Positions 45,275 to 53,148 of a DNA stretch of 53,148 nucleotides are shown here, piece after piece; within the stretch, counting starts at the first letter, position 1, and each line of letters begins with the position of its first letter. Location: the IMG/VR virus record IMGVR_UViG_3300044640_000694, positions 1-53,148 of that record; one strand, written 5' to 3'. The position numbers were made by a program, and so were the translations under genes. A model generated the notes under the pieces. That model worked only from the letters and a program-made list of their open reading frames with translations. It was not told the origin of the DNA and did no database searches. The DNA is from a virus. Taxonomy: Duplodnaviria; Caudoviricetes.

Positions 45275-48200
45275 ATGTTTCAAGATAATGATTTGAAAAA
45301 TCATCTAGAAACTTCTTCAACTATCAGAACTCAGTCAGCGGTTATCGCTGAGTGGAACATGAATATTGCAGAAAATATTTCTTTGGTTGGTAACTATAGA
45401 TACCGTCCTACAGAGGGGCCTGCTGCAAAGTACGGCTTGCCAATAAGTTCTTTTGATGCAAACGATTCTGGGAATTTTTATACTAATGCCACTAACGCTG
45501 ACGTTATTATTGATGGTGGAATTGGTGACGATGATGAAACACCAACTGTGTTCCAAAGTAAGAAAGAAAAAGAAAGACAGCTATACTCCCTTGAGGAATG
45601 CTTTGGAAAGTTCCGTCCACGATCTGGAATAAATAAGCTACGCTATTTTCCTGGGGCATACAGTCATTTTACAAACATAAACATGATTCGTAGACCTAGA
45701 TACTACATGGCACACAAAGATGACTCGTTTAAGTATTGGTCATCTTATAGGACAGAGGATGGTATTGAGAGAGGAATTGCTAATAAACTCGTTAACGGTC
45801 AATACTTTATTGATGATGCCTCTCCATTTATTGTTTACAAAAATTCTGTTCCATCTAATCGTATTGTAGTAAAGATGCAGACAAACGTTGGCGAGGTTGA
45901 CCTTGGACCATTTAGAACTACAGCTGGATCTTTCCAGGACCCCTTCTACGGCAATTCAAGAAAGACAACGCCAACTCGCTGGAAGGTTCAAGTCCTAAAA
46001 AACAACAACTGGTTTGATGCCGTATCCTTTAATTCTGGATCCACAAGATCAGACGGCAGTCCAATTATAGGTCCTGATGGCTATGTAGAGTTATCTTATG
46101 GACTAATTGTTCCAGAAAAATATAGAAGCATTTTTGTTAAGGCAGAAGAGTATTTTACTGAAAGCTTTTTGCCAGAAAAATCTACAAATGGTTATGCTTA
46201 TTTAGTTAAGCAAAATGAATCAGATGTTGGTGTGTTTCATATTTGGATTGATTCTGCACAAGACTATGAGACATTTGTTCCACAGTATAACTGGTATCTA
46301 GAAGAGTCATCGGTAGACAGACTTACCAACTTTGTAACTGACCTAACATCTCCAAATACATATCTAGACACTAACTCTGGAGGAACTAGGTACCGTGAGT
46401 TTGACCAAATTTCTGGTCTAAGAATTGTTGTTGACACAATGAATCGTGTTGATTCAATATTTGATTTGATTGAGCTGTCACCTAGACTTACGGTAAATCT
46501 ATCAGAAAAGGTTGAGTCATTCAGCATTACAAAGGCAGCATCGGATCTTGGAAATAGCGGAATGCCAGTTGGTCAACTTTTAGCAGGTGTGGGATCTCTA
46601 ACCTTATTTGACTATGACTTAGCATTTAGTTCGTTAAACCAGAACAGTCTTGTATCTAAGTATTTGTCTAAAAACATACAGATTAAGCTTTATGAAATTA
46701 TTGTAGATGTAGATGGTTATGATTATTATATTCCACTAAAGACCATGTACTCAGAGGGTATTCCAGAGATAACTAATAATGACAGATCTGTAAGTCTTGA
46801 GCTAAGAGATTTCTTTTTCTACTTTGAGTCTAAGTCAGCACCACAAATCTTAATTCAAAATGCGTCATTGAGTTATGCAGTATCGCTACTTCTAGACTCA
46901 GTTGGATTTTCCAATTATGTATTTAAGAGAATGTCTGGTGATGCAGAGGCAATCATTCCATTTTTCTTTGTTTCCCCAGACAAAACAATTGCTGAAGTCT
47001 TGAATGATATTGCAGTATCAACTCAGACTGCAATGTTTTTTGATGAATACAACAATCTAGTTTTGATGAGTAAAGAATATATGCTACCAGAAAAAACAGA
47101 TGAAAGGCCAACAGACATAACGCTATATGGGTCCAATGACTTTGCTTCTGATGGTCAGATTCATAACAAAACAACAAAACCAAAACTTGCAAACATAGTA
47201 GAACTATCTTCTCAACAAGATTCAATATTTAATAATGGAAAGATTTCTTATACAACAAGATACATTCGAAGATCTATTAGCTCAACAGAACAAGCCAGCA
47301 TGGTTGATAATTATAGAACCTGGGGATATGAAGCTGCACTGATTTGGGAAGTTACTGGAGAAAGTACCGTCAAGTCAATAAATGATGAGGTATCAGACCA
47401 GTCAAAGTTTGTTCTTGCTGCTCTTCCTCTAGAGTCAGATCTATCAAGTGATGTTCCTGTTGTTGAAAATGGCGTTATTAAAAATAACGTTTTTAGTTTT
47501 GGAGAGGCTGCCTATTTCCTAACTAGGTATAATGGATATTTCTATGCAAATGGAGAAATTATTAAGTTTGATGCCGTTGAGTATGAAATTCCAGGTGTAG
47601 ATAGAAGTGTATTCCAAAGAACAGATAATGGGAATGTGGCAGTATCTACCACAAATAGTGGAGCCATTGGAAGGGTTTGGATTACAAGCGTTAGGGAGTA
47701 TCAAAAGTATTTTGCGAAGCTACCGTTTAATGGAAAGATGTATCCTACTGGTCGTGTAAGAATTTATTCTGAACCTAACTATGTCACAGTTAATGGAGTC
47801 GAAAAGTTGGCTAATGGTCCAGTAGCAAAGCATGGCCGTGGACAATTTGGAACCCCAATTGTATCTCACTCTGCTGGTCTATCATCTTATTGGACATCCG
47901 CCTTATCTGTTAGAGGATGTTCCATGAAGTCTTCTCAGCTGTTTGGAGTTCCAACAGAAACTCAAATTAGGGTTGGTCAAGCAGGTCAAAGTAATTCTAC
48001 AGCAACAAATGCTACCAGAACGGGTGTTCTAAAAAATCATATGGCCTATACTCCATCTCTAGAAACGATTGCTCAAAATAGGGTTGCTCCTGGAACAGTG
48101 CAATCTTCTGCTCTTATATTTACAGGACCATCTTTCACAACTACGCAAAAACCCATTGACTTTATATCTTATGTATATAAGCCACTAGATAATAGATACA

Positions 48201-49642
48201 AACATTTTGGTACTAGGCTTAGGATTATTGGAAAGATTGAAAATAACGAAAACAGCGGTCAGACTCCAACTGGTGCATCTCAATACTATGTAGCAAATCC
48301 AAATAGTCCAACTCAGCCAGTTACCATTAATGGTGCATCTGGCGGACTGGGGGTAATGATTAATCCAGAGACCAACAATGGATACTACTTTGAAATTGCT
48401 GCACTTACAGAAAATAACATTAATTCATACGACAATGCAGATAATATTCACAACATTCTTTTCTACAAGGTAGGAAGGTCCCTAGATGACTCGGCAACTC
48501 AGGCAGTGCCAATTAAGCTATGGGGAGGACTGTCTTCAGGAATCACAGTAGATAGTGGAGACTTTGTTGGTCAGTACAGAATGGTAGATGAAAAAATTCC
48601 AACAGTTTACGATCTATCGGTTGAGTATCAAGACGTTGGATCATCAAGAAGGTTCTTTTTATATATAAATAATAGACTTATTGCAACGGTGCTAGATGAT
48701 TCACCGCTACCAGTTTATAATAATATGGCATTGTTTGTTCGTGGCTCTTCCAGGCTAATGTTTGAAAATATTTATGCTATTACAAATAACTATTCTCAGA
48801 ATACAGTCTATGCCCTTGACACCCCAGTAAATGCTGCATTTTCTGATGACGAGATTAACATGAATGAGTCCCTAAGAAGATATGCAATGAGTGGGGTTAT
48901 TCAGTCTAGCTATCTGTCTGGCATTAGCCCTGCAGAATCACCAAAGTATAATATTTACTTTGATGAGTTTGGAACAATTATGCGTGAAGCTTCATACTTT
49001 AATATTAAGTATGACAAAGCATTCCCAGCACTATATGCAAAGCTATCTCCAACCTTCAACAAGATTAAGGGTTATACAACTTCTGGATTTATTGCTAGTG
49101 CTTACGGGGCTGAGTTCATGGTATTTAATGCAACAGATACCATGCTAAGTCTTGATGAAAAAAGCGGAAACTATTTGAGGATTCAAGGAGTGGTATTTAC
49201 ACAGCAATCAACACACGAGTATACTGTTGATGAATACTTTGATAAAAAGACCGATTATTCTAACCCACAATTTTCTGGTGGGCAGCTAGTGTCTTATCCG
49301 ACTAAGGCAAAAAAGGACTATCAGGATATTAAGGTTAGCAGGCTTACTCATGGATCTAAGGAGTTTACTTTGGATGCACCATATATTCAGTCACACGATG
49401 AGGCAGAAAATCTTCTAGGTTGGATGATATCTAAGATTATGAAACCAAGAAAATCTATTGGACTCCAGGTATTTGGAATGCCCATCCTACAACTTGGTGA
49501 TATAGTAGAGATTGACTATAAAGATAATGAAGGAATAAACCAGGCATCTCTTGACGGTGCTAGGTTTGTTGTTTATCAAATAGAGTATGCGAAAACATCG
49601 GATGGACCAGAGATGACAGTATTTTTGAGCGAGGTGGCATAA
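45275..49642 (+). CDS. Baseplate hub or central tail protein (1455 aa)
   Basis: VLNDIAVSTQTAMFFDEYNNLV and PYIQS...GMPILQLGDIVEI hub-type motifs. Confidence 0.7.
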   Translation: MFQDNDLKNHLETSSTIRTQSAVIAEWNMNIAENISLVGNYRYRPTEGPAAKYGLPISSFDANDSGNFYTNATNADVIIDGGIGDDDETPTVFQSKKEKERQLYSLEECFGKFRPRSGINKLRYFPGAYSHFTNINMIRRPRYYMAHKDDSFKYWSSYRTEDGIERGIANKLVNGQYFIDDASPFIVYKNSVPSNRIVVKMQTNVGEVDLGPFRTTAGSFQDPFYGNSRKTTPTRWKVQVLKNNNWFDAVSFNSGSTRSDGSPIIGPDGYVELSYGLIVPEKYRSIFVKAEEYFTESFLPEKSTNGYAYLVKQNESDVGVFHIWIDSAQDYETFVPQYNWYLEESSVDRLTNFVTDLTSPNTYLDTNSGGTRYREFDQISGLRIVVDTMNRVDSIFDLIELSPRLTVNLSEKVESFSITKAASDLGNSGMPVGQLLAGVGSLTLFDYDLAFSSLNQNSLVSKYLSKNIQIKLYEIIVDVDGYDYYIPLKTMYSEGIPEITNNDRSVSLELRDFFFYFESKSAPQILIQNASLSYAVSLLLDSVGFSNYVFKRMSGDAEAIIPFFFVSPDKTIAEVLNDIAVSTQTAMFFDEYNNLVLMSKEYMLPEKTDERPTDITLYGSNDFASDGQIHNKTTKPKLANIVELSSQQDSIFNNGKISYTTRYIRRSISSTEQASMVDNYRTWGYEAALIWEVTGESTVKSINDEVSDQSKFVLAALPLESDLSSDVPVVENGVIKNNVFSFGEAAYFLTRYNGYFYANGEIIKFDAVEYEIPGVDRSVFQRTDNGNVAVSTTNSGAIGRVWITSVREYQKYFAKLPFNGKMYPTGRVRIYSEPNYVTVNGVEKLANGPVAKHGRGQFGTPIVSHSAGLSSYWTSALSVRGCSMKSSQLFGVPTETQIRVGQAGQSNSTATNATRTGVLKNHMAYTPSLETIAQNRVAPGTVQSSALIFTGPSFTTTQKPIDFISYVYKPLDNRYKHFGTRLRIIGKIENNENSGQTPTGASQYYVANPNSPTQPVTINGASGGLGVMINPETNNGYYFEIAALTENNINSYDNADNIHNILFYKVGRSLDDSATQAVPIKLWGGLSSGITVDSGDFVGQYRMVDEKIPTVYDLSVEYQDVGSSRRFFLYINNRLIATVLDDSPLPVYNNMALFVRGSSRLMFENIYAITNNYSQNTVYALDTPVNAAFSDDEINMNESLRRYAMSGVIQSSYLSGISPAESPKYNIYFDEFGTIMREASYFNIKYDKAFPALYAKLSPTFNKIKGYTTSGFIASAYGAEFMVFNATDTMLSLDEKSGNYLRIQGVVFTQQSTHEYTVDEYFDKKTDYSNPQFSGGQLVSYPTKAKKDYQDIKVSRLTHGSKEFTLDAPYIQSHDEAENLLGWMISKIMKPRKSIGLQVFGMPILQLGDIVEIDYKDNEGINQASLDGARFVVYQIEYAKTSDGPEMTVFLSEVA

Positions 49643-50148
49643 TGAGTTCTGTGCCACAATCATTAGGCAATAACACATATAATTCTGATACTAGCGATTC
49701 TGTAAAAATTGCTACACCAGACATAATGTTGGTAGAAGATGTTATTCCTCAACAAATAATGCCAAACCTTGTTTTTGAAGAAATCGGTGGCCAAGAGATA
49801 ATTAATATTTCTAGAAACGATATTATCAATGGACAGAATGTTCTCTATCAGCCAATCAAAAACATAACTAGTCTTTTCTATCAATACAATCCACAAAACA
49901 TTGTGGCATTGCCAAAAACAGATAGGGATTATTTTAAAAACTTTACCGTATCTCTACAATCTCATATTCCAAATTGTGGAAGTGGATATGACATTGTTAA
50001 TGGGGTTCAGGTGCCAAACTGCAAATACGTTTATATTGACCCAGTAACTAGCAACTTGATAATCAATGTTGTAAATATGCTACCTGGTCAAGAAGTAGAG
50101 GTTCAAATAATGAACACTTCTACCGTTCTAGATGATACAATATATTAG
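49642..50148 (+). CDS. Putative minor tail protein
   Basis: Coupled ORF in the tail module. Confidence 0.55.
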   Translation: MSSVPQSLGNNTYNSDTSDSVKIATPDIMLVEDVIPQQIMPNLVFEEIGGQEIINISRNDIINGQNVLYQPIKNITSLFYQYNPQNIVALPKTDRDYFKNFTVSLQSHIPNCGSGYDIVNGVQVPNCKYVYIDPVTSNLIINVVNMLPGQEVEVQIMNTSTVLDDTIY

Positions 50149-50154
50149 GATATT

Positions 50155-51543
50155 ATGATTACTAACACTGGAAAAGGCATTCTTGCCAAATACTTGATCG
50201 GACAAGCACCATCATACGCTTCTTACATTGCTGTTGGCTGTGGGCCCCAGGCACTTACAAGTGGCACAGCCTTCACTACACTGCAAAAAGAAGAATACTC
50301 TGCAAAAAACTCACTAGACTTTGAGATGTTTCGTGTTCCAGTTATTTCTAGAGGATATGTAAATGAGGATGACAATGTAAAGCTAGTCCTTACAGCAGAG
50401 CTTCCAACAGAGGAGCGATATGAAATTACAGAAGTTGGTGTTTTCTCTGCAGGATCTAATCCATCTGCAGGTGCATTTGACAGCAAGAATGTTTATTCGT
50501 TTACTGAGACAGAGGGCTGGGAGTATCATACTAAGACTGGCGTGAAAGCAATTCCAACCATATACTCACCGCTAGACGATAGGGTTGTTAAAATAATTGG
50601 GGCAACGGCATCTGGTGTAAATATAACGTATACTACCGATGCCACACATGGTCTTACTGTTGGAACTGTCATTTCTGTATCTGGAATATCTCCAAGTGCA
50701 TTTAACTTATCTGGAAAAACAATTGCAGCTGTTCCAACTTCAACAACTTTTACACTTATTGCAGACTCTGAAGTAACTGGAACATTTGCATCTTCTGGTT
50801 ACCTAATTAATGATGTTGACACAAACATTATAAATCAGATTTATCCAGTGTTTCATACAAATGCTGACAACAAAACCTTTACAAATACAACAAGGCTTGC
50901 TCGAAATGAACGATGCAGGTTCCTAAATAATATTGTTATGATTGCTGGAAATGATTCTGTTTTGTCTAAGAATCCAGACGGGTCTCTTAATGTCGATTCT
51001 GGAAACCACATTCACATTACAAACGCATCTTTTAATTTTAATAAGAATGCCCCAACAGATGAGCTAAGGCTTGCGTTTTCTGTTGTCAATAAAGATTCTG
51101 CGTATAACATAAATCCAGACAATGTAAAGATTTTAGTAGAGTTTTCATCTTCTGACACATCTTCGTCTGGAGAAAGTGCAAAGTTTTCTGTAAATCTTGA
51201 CAACCAGGGATTCTCTGGAGATGGAGACAAGGCTGTTAATTTTGCTACTAACAGATATTTTGTAGTTTCCAAGCAACTGCAGGAGCTATCATACACATCA
51301 GGATTCAACTGGGGTGTTGTAACAACCGTTAGAGTATATGTTTCTGTAAAAAGTAACGGTGAAGTATCTGACAAATACTATGTAGCTTTGGATGCACTAA
51401 GGCTAGAGAACACATCAACCAGCAATCCTCTATATGGTCTGACTGGATATTCTGTTATGAAAACAGATGGAGCTTTGCCAATTATAAAGCTTGCAAACAC
51501 ATCTAACTTTATAGAGTTTAGAATTGCAGTGGGGGTAGAATAG
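50155..51543 (+). CDS. Minor tail or baseplate protein
   Basis: MITNTGK...YIAVGCG...ITEVGVFS N-terminal domain typical of fibre/baseplate anchors; internal HGLTVG module. Confidence 0.65.
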   Translation: MITNTGKGILAKYLIGQAPSYASYIAVGCGPQALTSGTAFTTLQKEEYSAKNSLDFEMFRVPVISRGYVNEDDNVKLVLTAELPTEERYEITEVGVFSAGSNPSAGAFDSKNVYSFTETEGWEYHTKTGVKAIPTIYSPLDDRVVKIIGATASGVNITYTTDATHGLTVGTVISVSGISPSAFNLSGKTIAAVPTSTTFTLIADSEVTGTFASSGYLINDVDTNIINQIYPVFHTNADNKTFTNTTRLARNERCRFLNNIVMIAGNDSVLSKNPDGSLNVDSGNHIHITNASFNFNKNAPTDELRLAFSVVNKDSAYNINPDNVKILVEFSSSDTSSSGESAKFSVNLDNQGFSGDGDKAVNFATNRYFVVSKQLQELSYTSGFNWGVVTTVRVYVSVKSNGEVSDKYYVALDALRLENTSTSNPLYGLTGYSVMKTDGALPIIKLANTSNFIEFRIAVGVE

Positions 51544-51965
51544 TGGCAGACAAAGGAATAAAGAATGTAGTTATTTTAAAGCAAGACCTGCCTTCTGTAA
51601 ATTCCCAAAACCAGTATAGCGTCAGATATAGGATAGTTACAGATGACAGAAACAGATACTCAGAATGGTCTCCAGCGTTTCTTGTAAACGGTAATGCTGT
51701 AACTCAGGTAACTGCTGAAGCATCTATTTCTGGCAAGGTTATTTTTATTGTTTGGAACGATTCACAGCTAAGAGCTGGATACGATATTTTTGTTAAGTTT
51801 GATAATGGACAATACGCCTACCACGGCAAGTCTACAACCACAAGCTACTCTTTGATTAGCACAGGCACAACCTCTTTTAGATTTTTAATTCAGGTAGAGA
51901 GCATGTCTAAAGAGGTTAATCAATCAATCAAAATCTATGAATCTCAAGTGATTCCTCTGGTATAA
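51543..51965 (+). CDS. Putative minor tail protein (FN3-like)
   Basis: YSVRYRIV...YSEWSP motif; GTG start coupled to the upstream stop. Confidence 0.55.
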   Translation: MADKGIKNVVILKQDLPSVNSQNQYSVRYRIVTDDRNRYSEWSPAFLVNGNAVTQVTAEASISGKVIFIVWNDSQLRAGYDIFVKFDNGQYAYHGKSTTTSYSLISTGTTSFRFLIQVESMSKEVNQSIKIYESQVIPLV

Positions 51966-51982
51966 TTTTCTTAGGAGAAAAC

Positions 51983-52438
51983 ATGGCAAACATTCCAGTA
52001 CCAGAACGTGGTCAGCCACTAGATCTGGCATACATTTATCAGCTAGCAAATGCTGTAAACCAGCTATCGCTTCAAGCTTCTTACTCTGCAAACAAGTTTG
52101 TGTCTATTGAAAGTCCAGGATCTAATATTTCTAGGCAAGACATCAAGATTACAGACAGCAGAATGGTTGGTGGTTTTCATCAGCTTCTTGCACAAAACAG
52201 CAACGTAACTGCAGGATCATCTGTTGACTTTGCTTATGACTTTCCTGGTGCTGACTTTAGGTACCCACCAATCGTAACTGCAACCCCAGTAAATATTTCT
52301 GGGACAGAGGCAGGTAGCGATGTCACAATTATTCTTAAGCTTATTACTACCGCTCGTGTAGAGGGTGTGGTTAAGTTTGGAACAAGCGGTACTGCGTCTA
52401 TAGGCATTAACTTGATTGCTCTAGGTGTGCCAAACTAG
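51983..52438 (+). CDS. Putative minor tail protein (gp53/H-type-lectin-like C-terminus)
   Basis: FRYPPIVTAT...INLIALG; TGGTATAAT 51958-51966 and AGGAG SD. Confidence 0.55.
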   Translation: MANIPVPERGQPLDLAYIYQLANAVNQLSLQASYSANKFVSIESPGSNISRQDIKITDSRMVGGFHQLLAQNSNVTAGSSVDFAYDFPGADFRYPPIVTATPVNISGTEAGSDVTIILKLITTARVEGVVKFGTSGTASIGINLIALGVPN

Positions 52439-52446
52439 GATACCTT

Positions 52447-52977
52447 ATGGCTTTAGTAGACATGAAGTCCTACAATGATGCACCAGTAATTCCTGGTAGC
52501 AAAAAAGTATGGTTTTTAAATGGCGACCTTGTTAGAGTTCATCACCTGAATAAGTCTAATGGAATTATGTCTGTTTATAACATAACAAAAGACCAGCTTG
52601 AAAGTTGCCTAATATCTGACTTTAAAAGAAATAGAGAACGTGCCTATACTGTTGGTGAGACAGCACAGTTAGTAAATAGACACAAGAAGTACTTGCCAAA
52701 CTTAATGAAGCGTGGTATAATTCCACATCCAACAGGATCTCAAAAGGGTGGGGCAACTGGCTGGCAGGTAAGAAGTTATTATTCAGAGTCGCAAGTTCGT
52801 GATATTCGTGATATACTAGCTTCCTACCATATGGGAAGACCCCGTAAGGACAAGCTAATTACAAATGATATAACACCTTCGCCACAAGAGTTGACACGGC
52901 GTATGGGTGATGGTATACTGACTTATACAAGGACCGAAGACGGTCGATTCATTCCAGTATGGTCTGAATCAATTTAA
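52447..52977 (+). CDS. MerR-like helix-turn-helix DNA-binding protein
   Basis: YTVGETAQLVNRHKKYL...RGIIP...RSYYSESQV. Confidence 0.7.
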   Translation: MALVDMKSYNDAPVIPGSKKVWFLNGDLVRVHHLNKSNGIMSVYNITKDQLESCLISDFKRNRERAYTVGETAQLVNRHKKYLPNLMKRGIIPHPTGSQKGGATGWQVRSYYSESQVRDIRDILASYHMGRPRKDKLITNDITPSPQELTRRMGDGILTYTRTEDGRFIPVWSESI

Positions 52978-52993
52978 CAGAAAGAAAACGGGT

Positions 52994-53148
52994 ATGAATA
53001 ACGAAGACACTAAGGTACGTGTAGCACTAGGCTATACTCTTAATCTAGGCAACTTCCAGTCACTGCGTATTGATCTTGAGGTATCAGACAATAAGCGTGA
53101 GGGTGAAAACACTAATGACGCATTTGAGCGTGTGTACAAGTTTGTTGA
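52994..53148 (+). CDS. 5' part of a hypothetical phage protein, truncated by the window edge
   Basis: MNNEDTKVRVALGYTLNLGNFQSLRIDLEV... stays open to the end of the window. Confidence 0.7.
   Translation, partial: MNNEDTKVRVALGYTLNLGNFQSLRIDLEVSDNKREGENTNDAFERVYKFV

Larger units (their letters stand above)
1..53148. mobile_element. Tailed bacteriophage genome segment (siphovirus-like virion morphogenesis region)
   Basis: Portal, HK97-type protease, capsid, connector, major tail, chaperone, tape measure and baseplate genes in canonical order; no cellular genes. Confidence 0.96.

Overview
The whole window reads as part of a large tailed dsDNA phage genome (siphovirus-type morphogenesis region). 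No bacterial housekeeping genes, tRNAs, CRISPR array, integrase or terminase were seen. An actinobacterial host is inferred from a PASTA-domain virion protein and many leaderless extended -10 promoters. Layout: small leftward genes including an Asp/Asn beta-hydroxylase-like oxygenase and a sulfotransferase-like gene (0.2-2.4 kb); a holin-like gene and an AT-rich spacer with a candidate small RNA; a block of fibre and decoration genes interrupted by a divergent NlpC/P60 + lytic transglycosylase pair (3-16 kb); six prolyl-4-hydroxylase-like 2OG-Fe(II) oxygenases plus two DUF6065-like genes (16.3-21.8 kb); a LamG-type protein, portal, protease-scaffold fusion, major capsid, connectors, major tail protein, two tail chaperones, a 3158-aa tape measure protein, baseplate genes and a MerR-like regulator. 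The best candidate for an undescribed system is a virion modification module: fibre-associated proteins with Pro/Phe tracts (PFFPPFFPP...) encoded directly upstream of the hydroxylase battery. Also notable are kinase-like and ADP-ribosyltransferase-like cargo inside the tape measure protein, an apparent plug-and-socket fibre chain, and G/GT chaperones made by gene duplication rather than frameshifting. All family calls come from motif recognition by eye; no searches were run.
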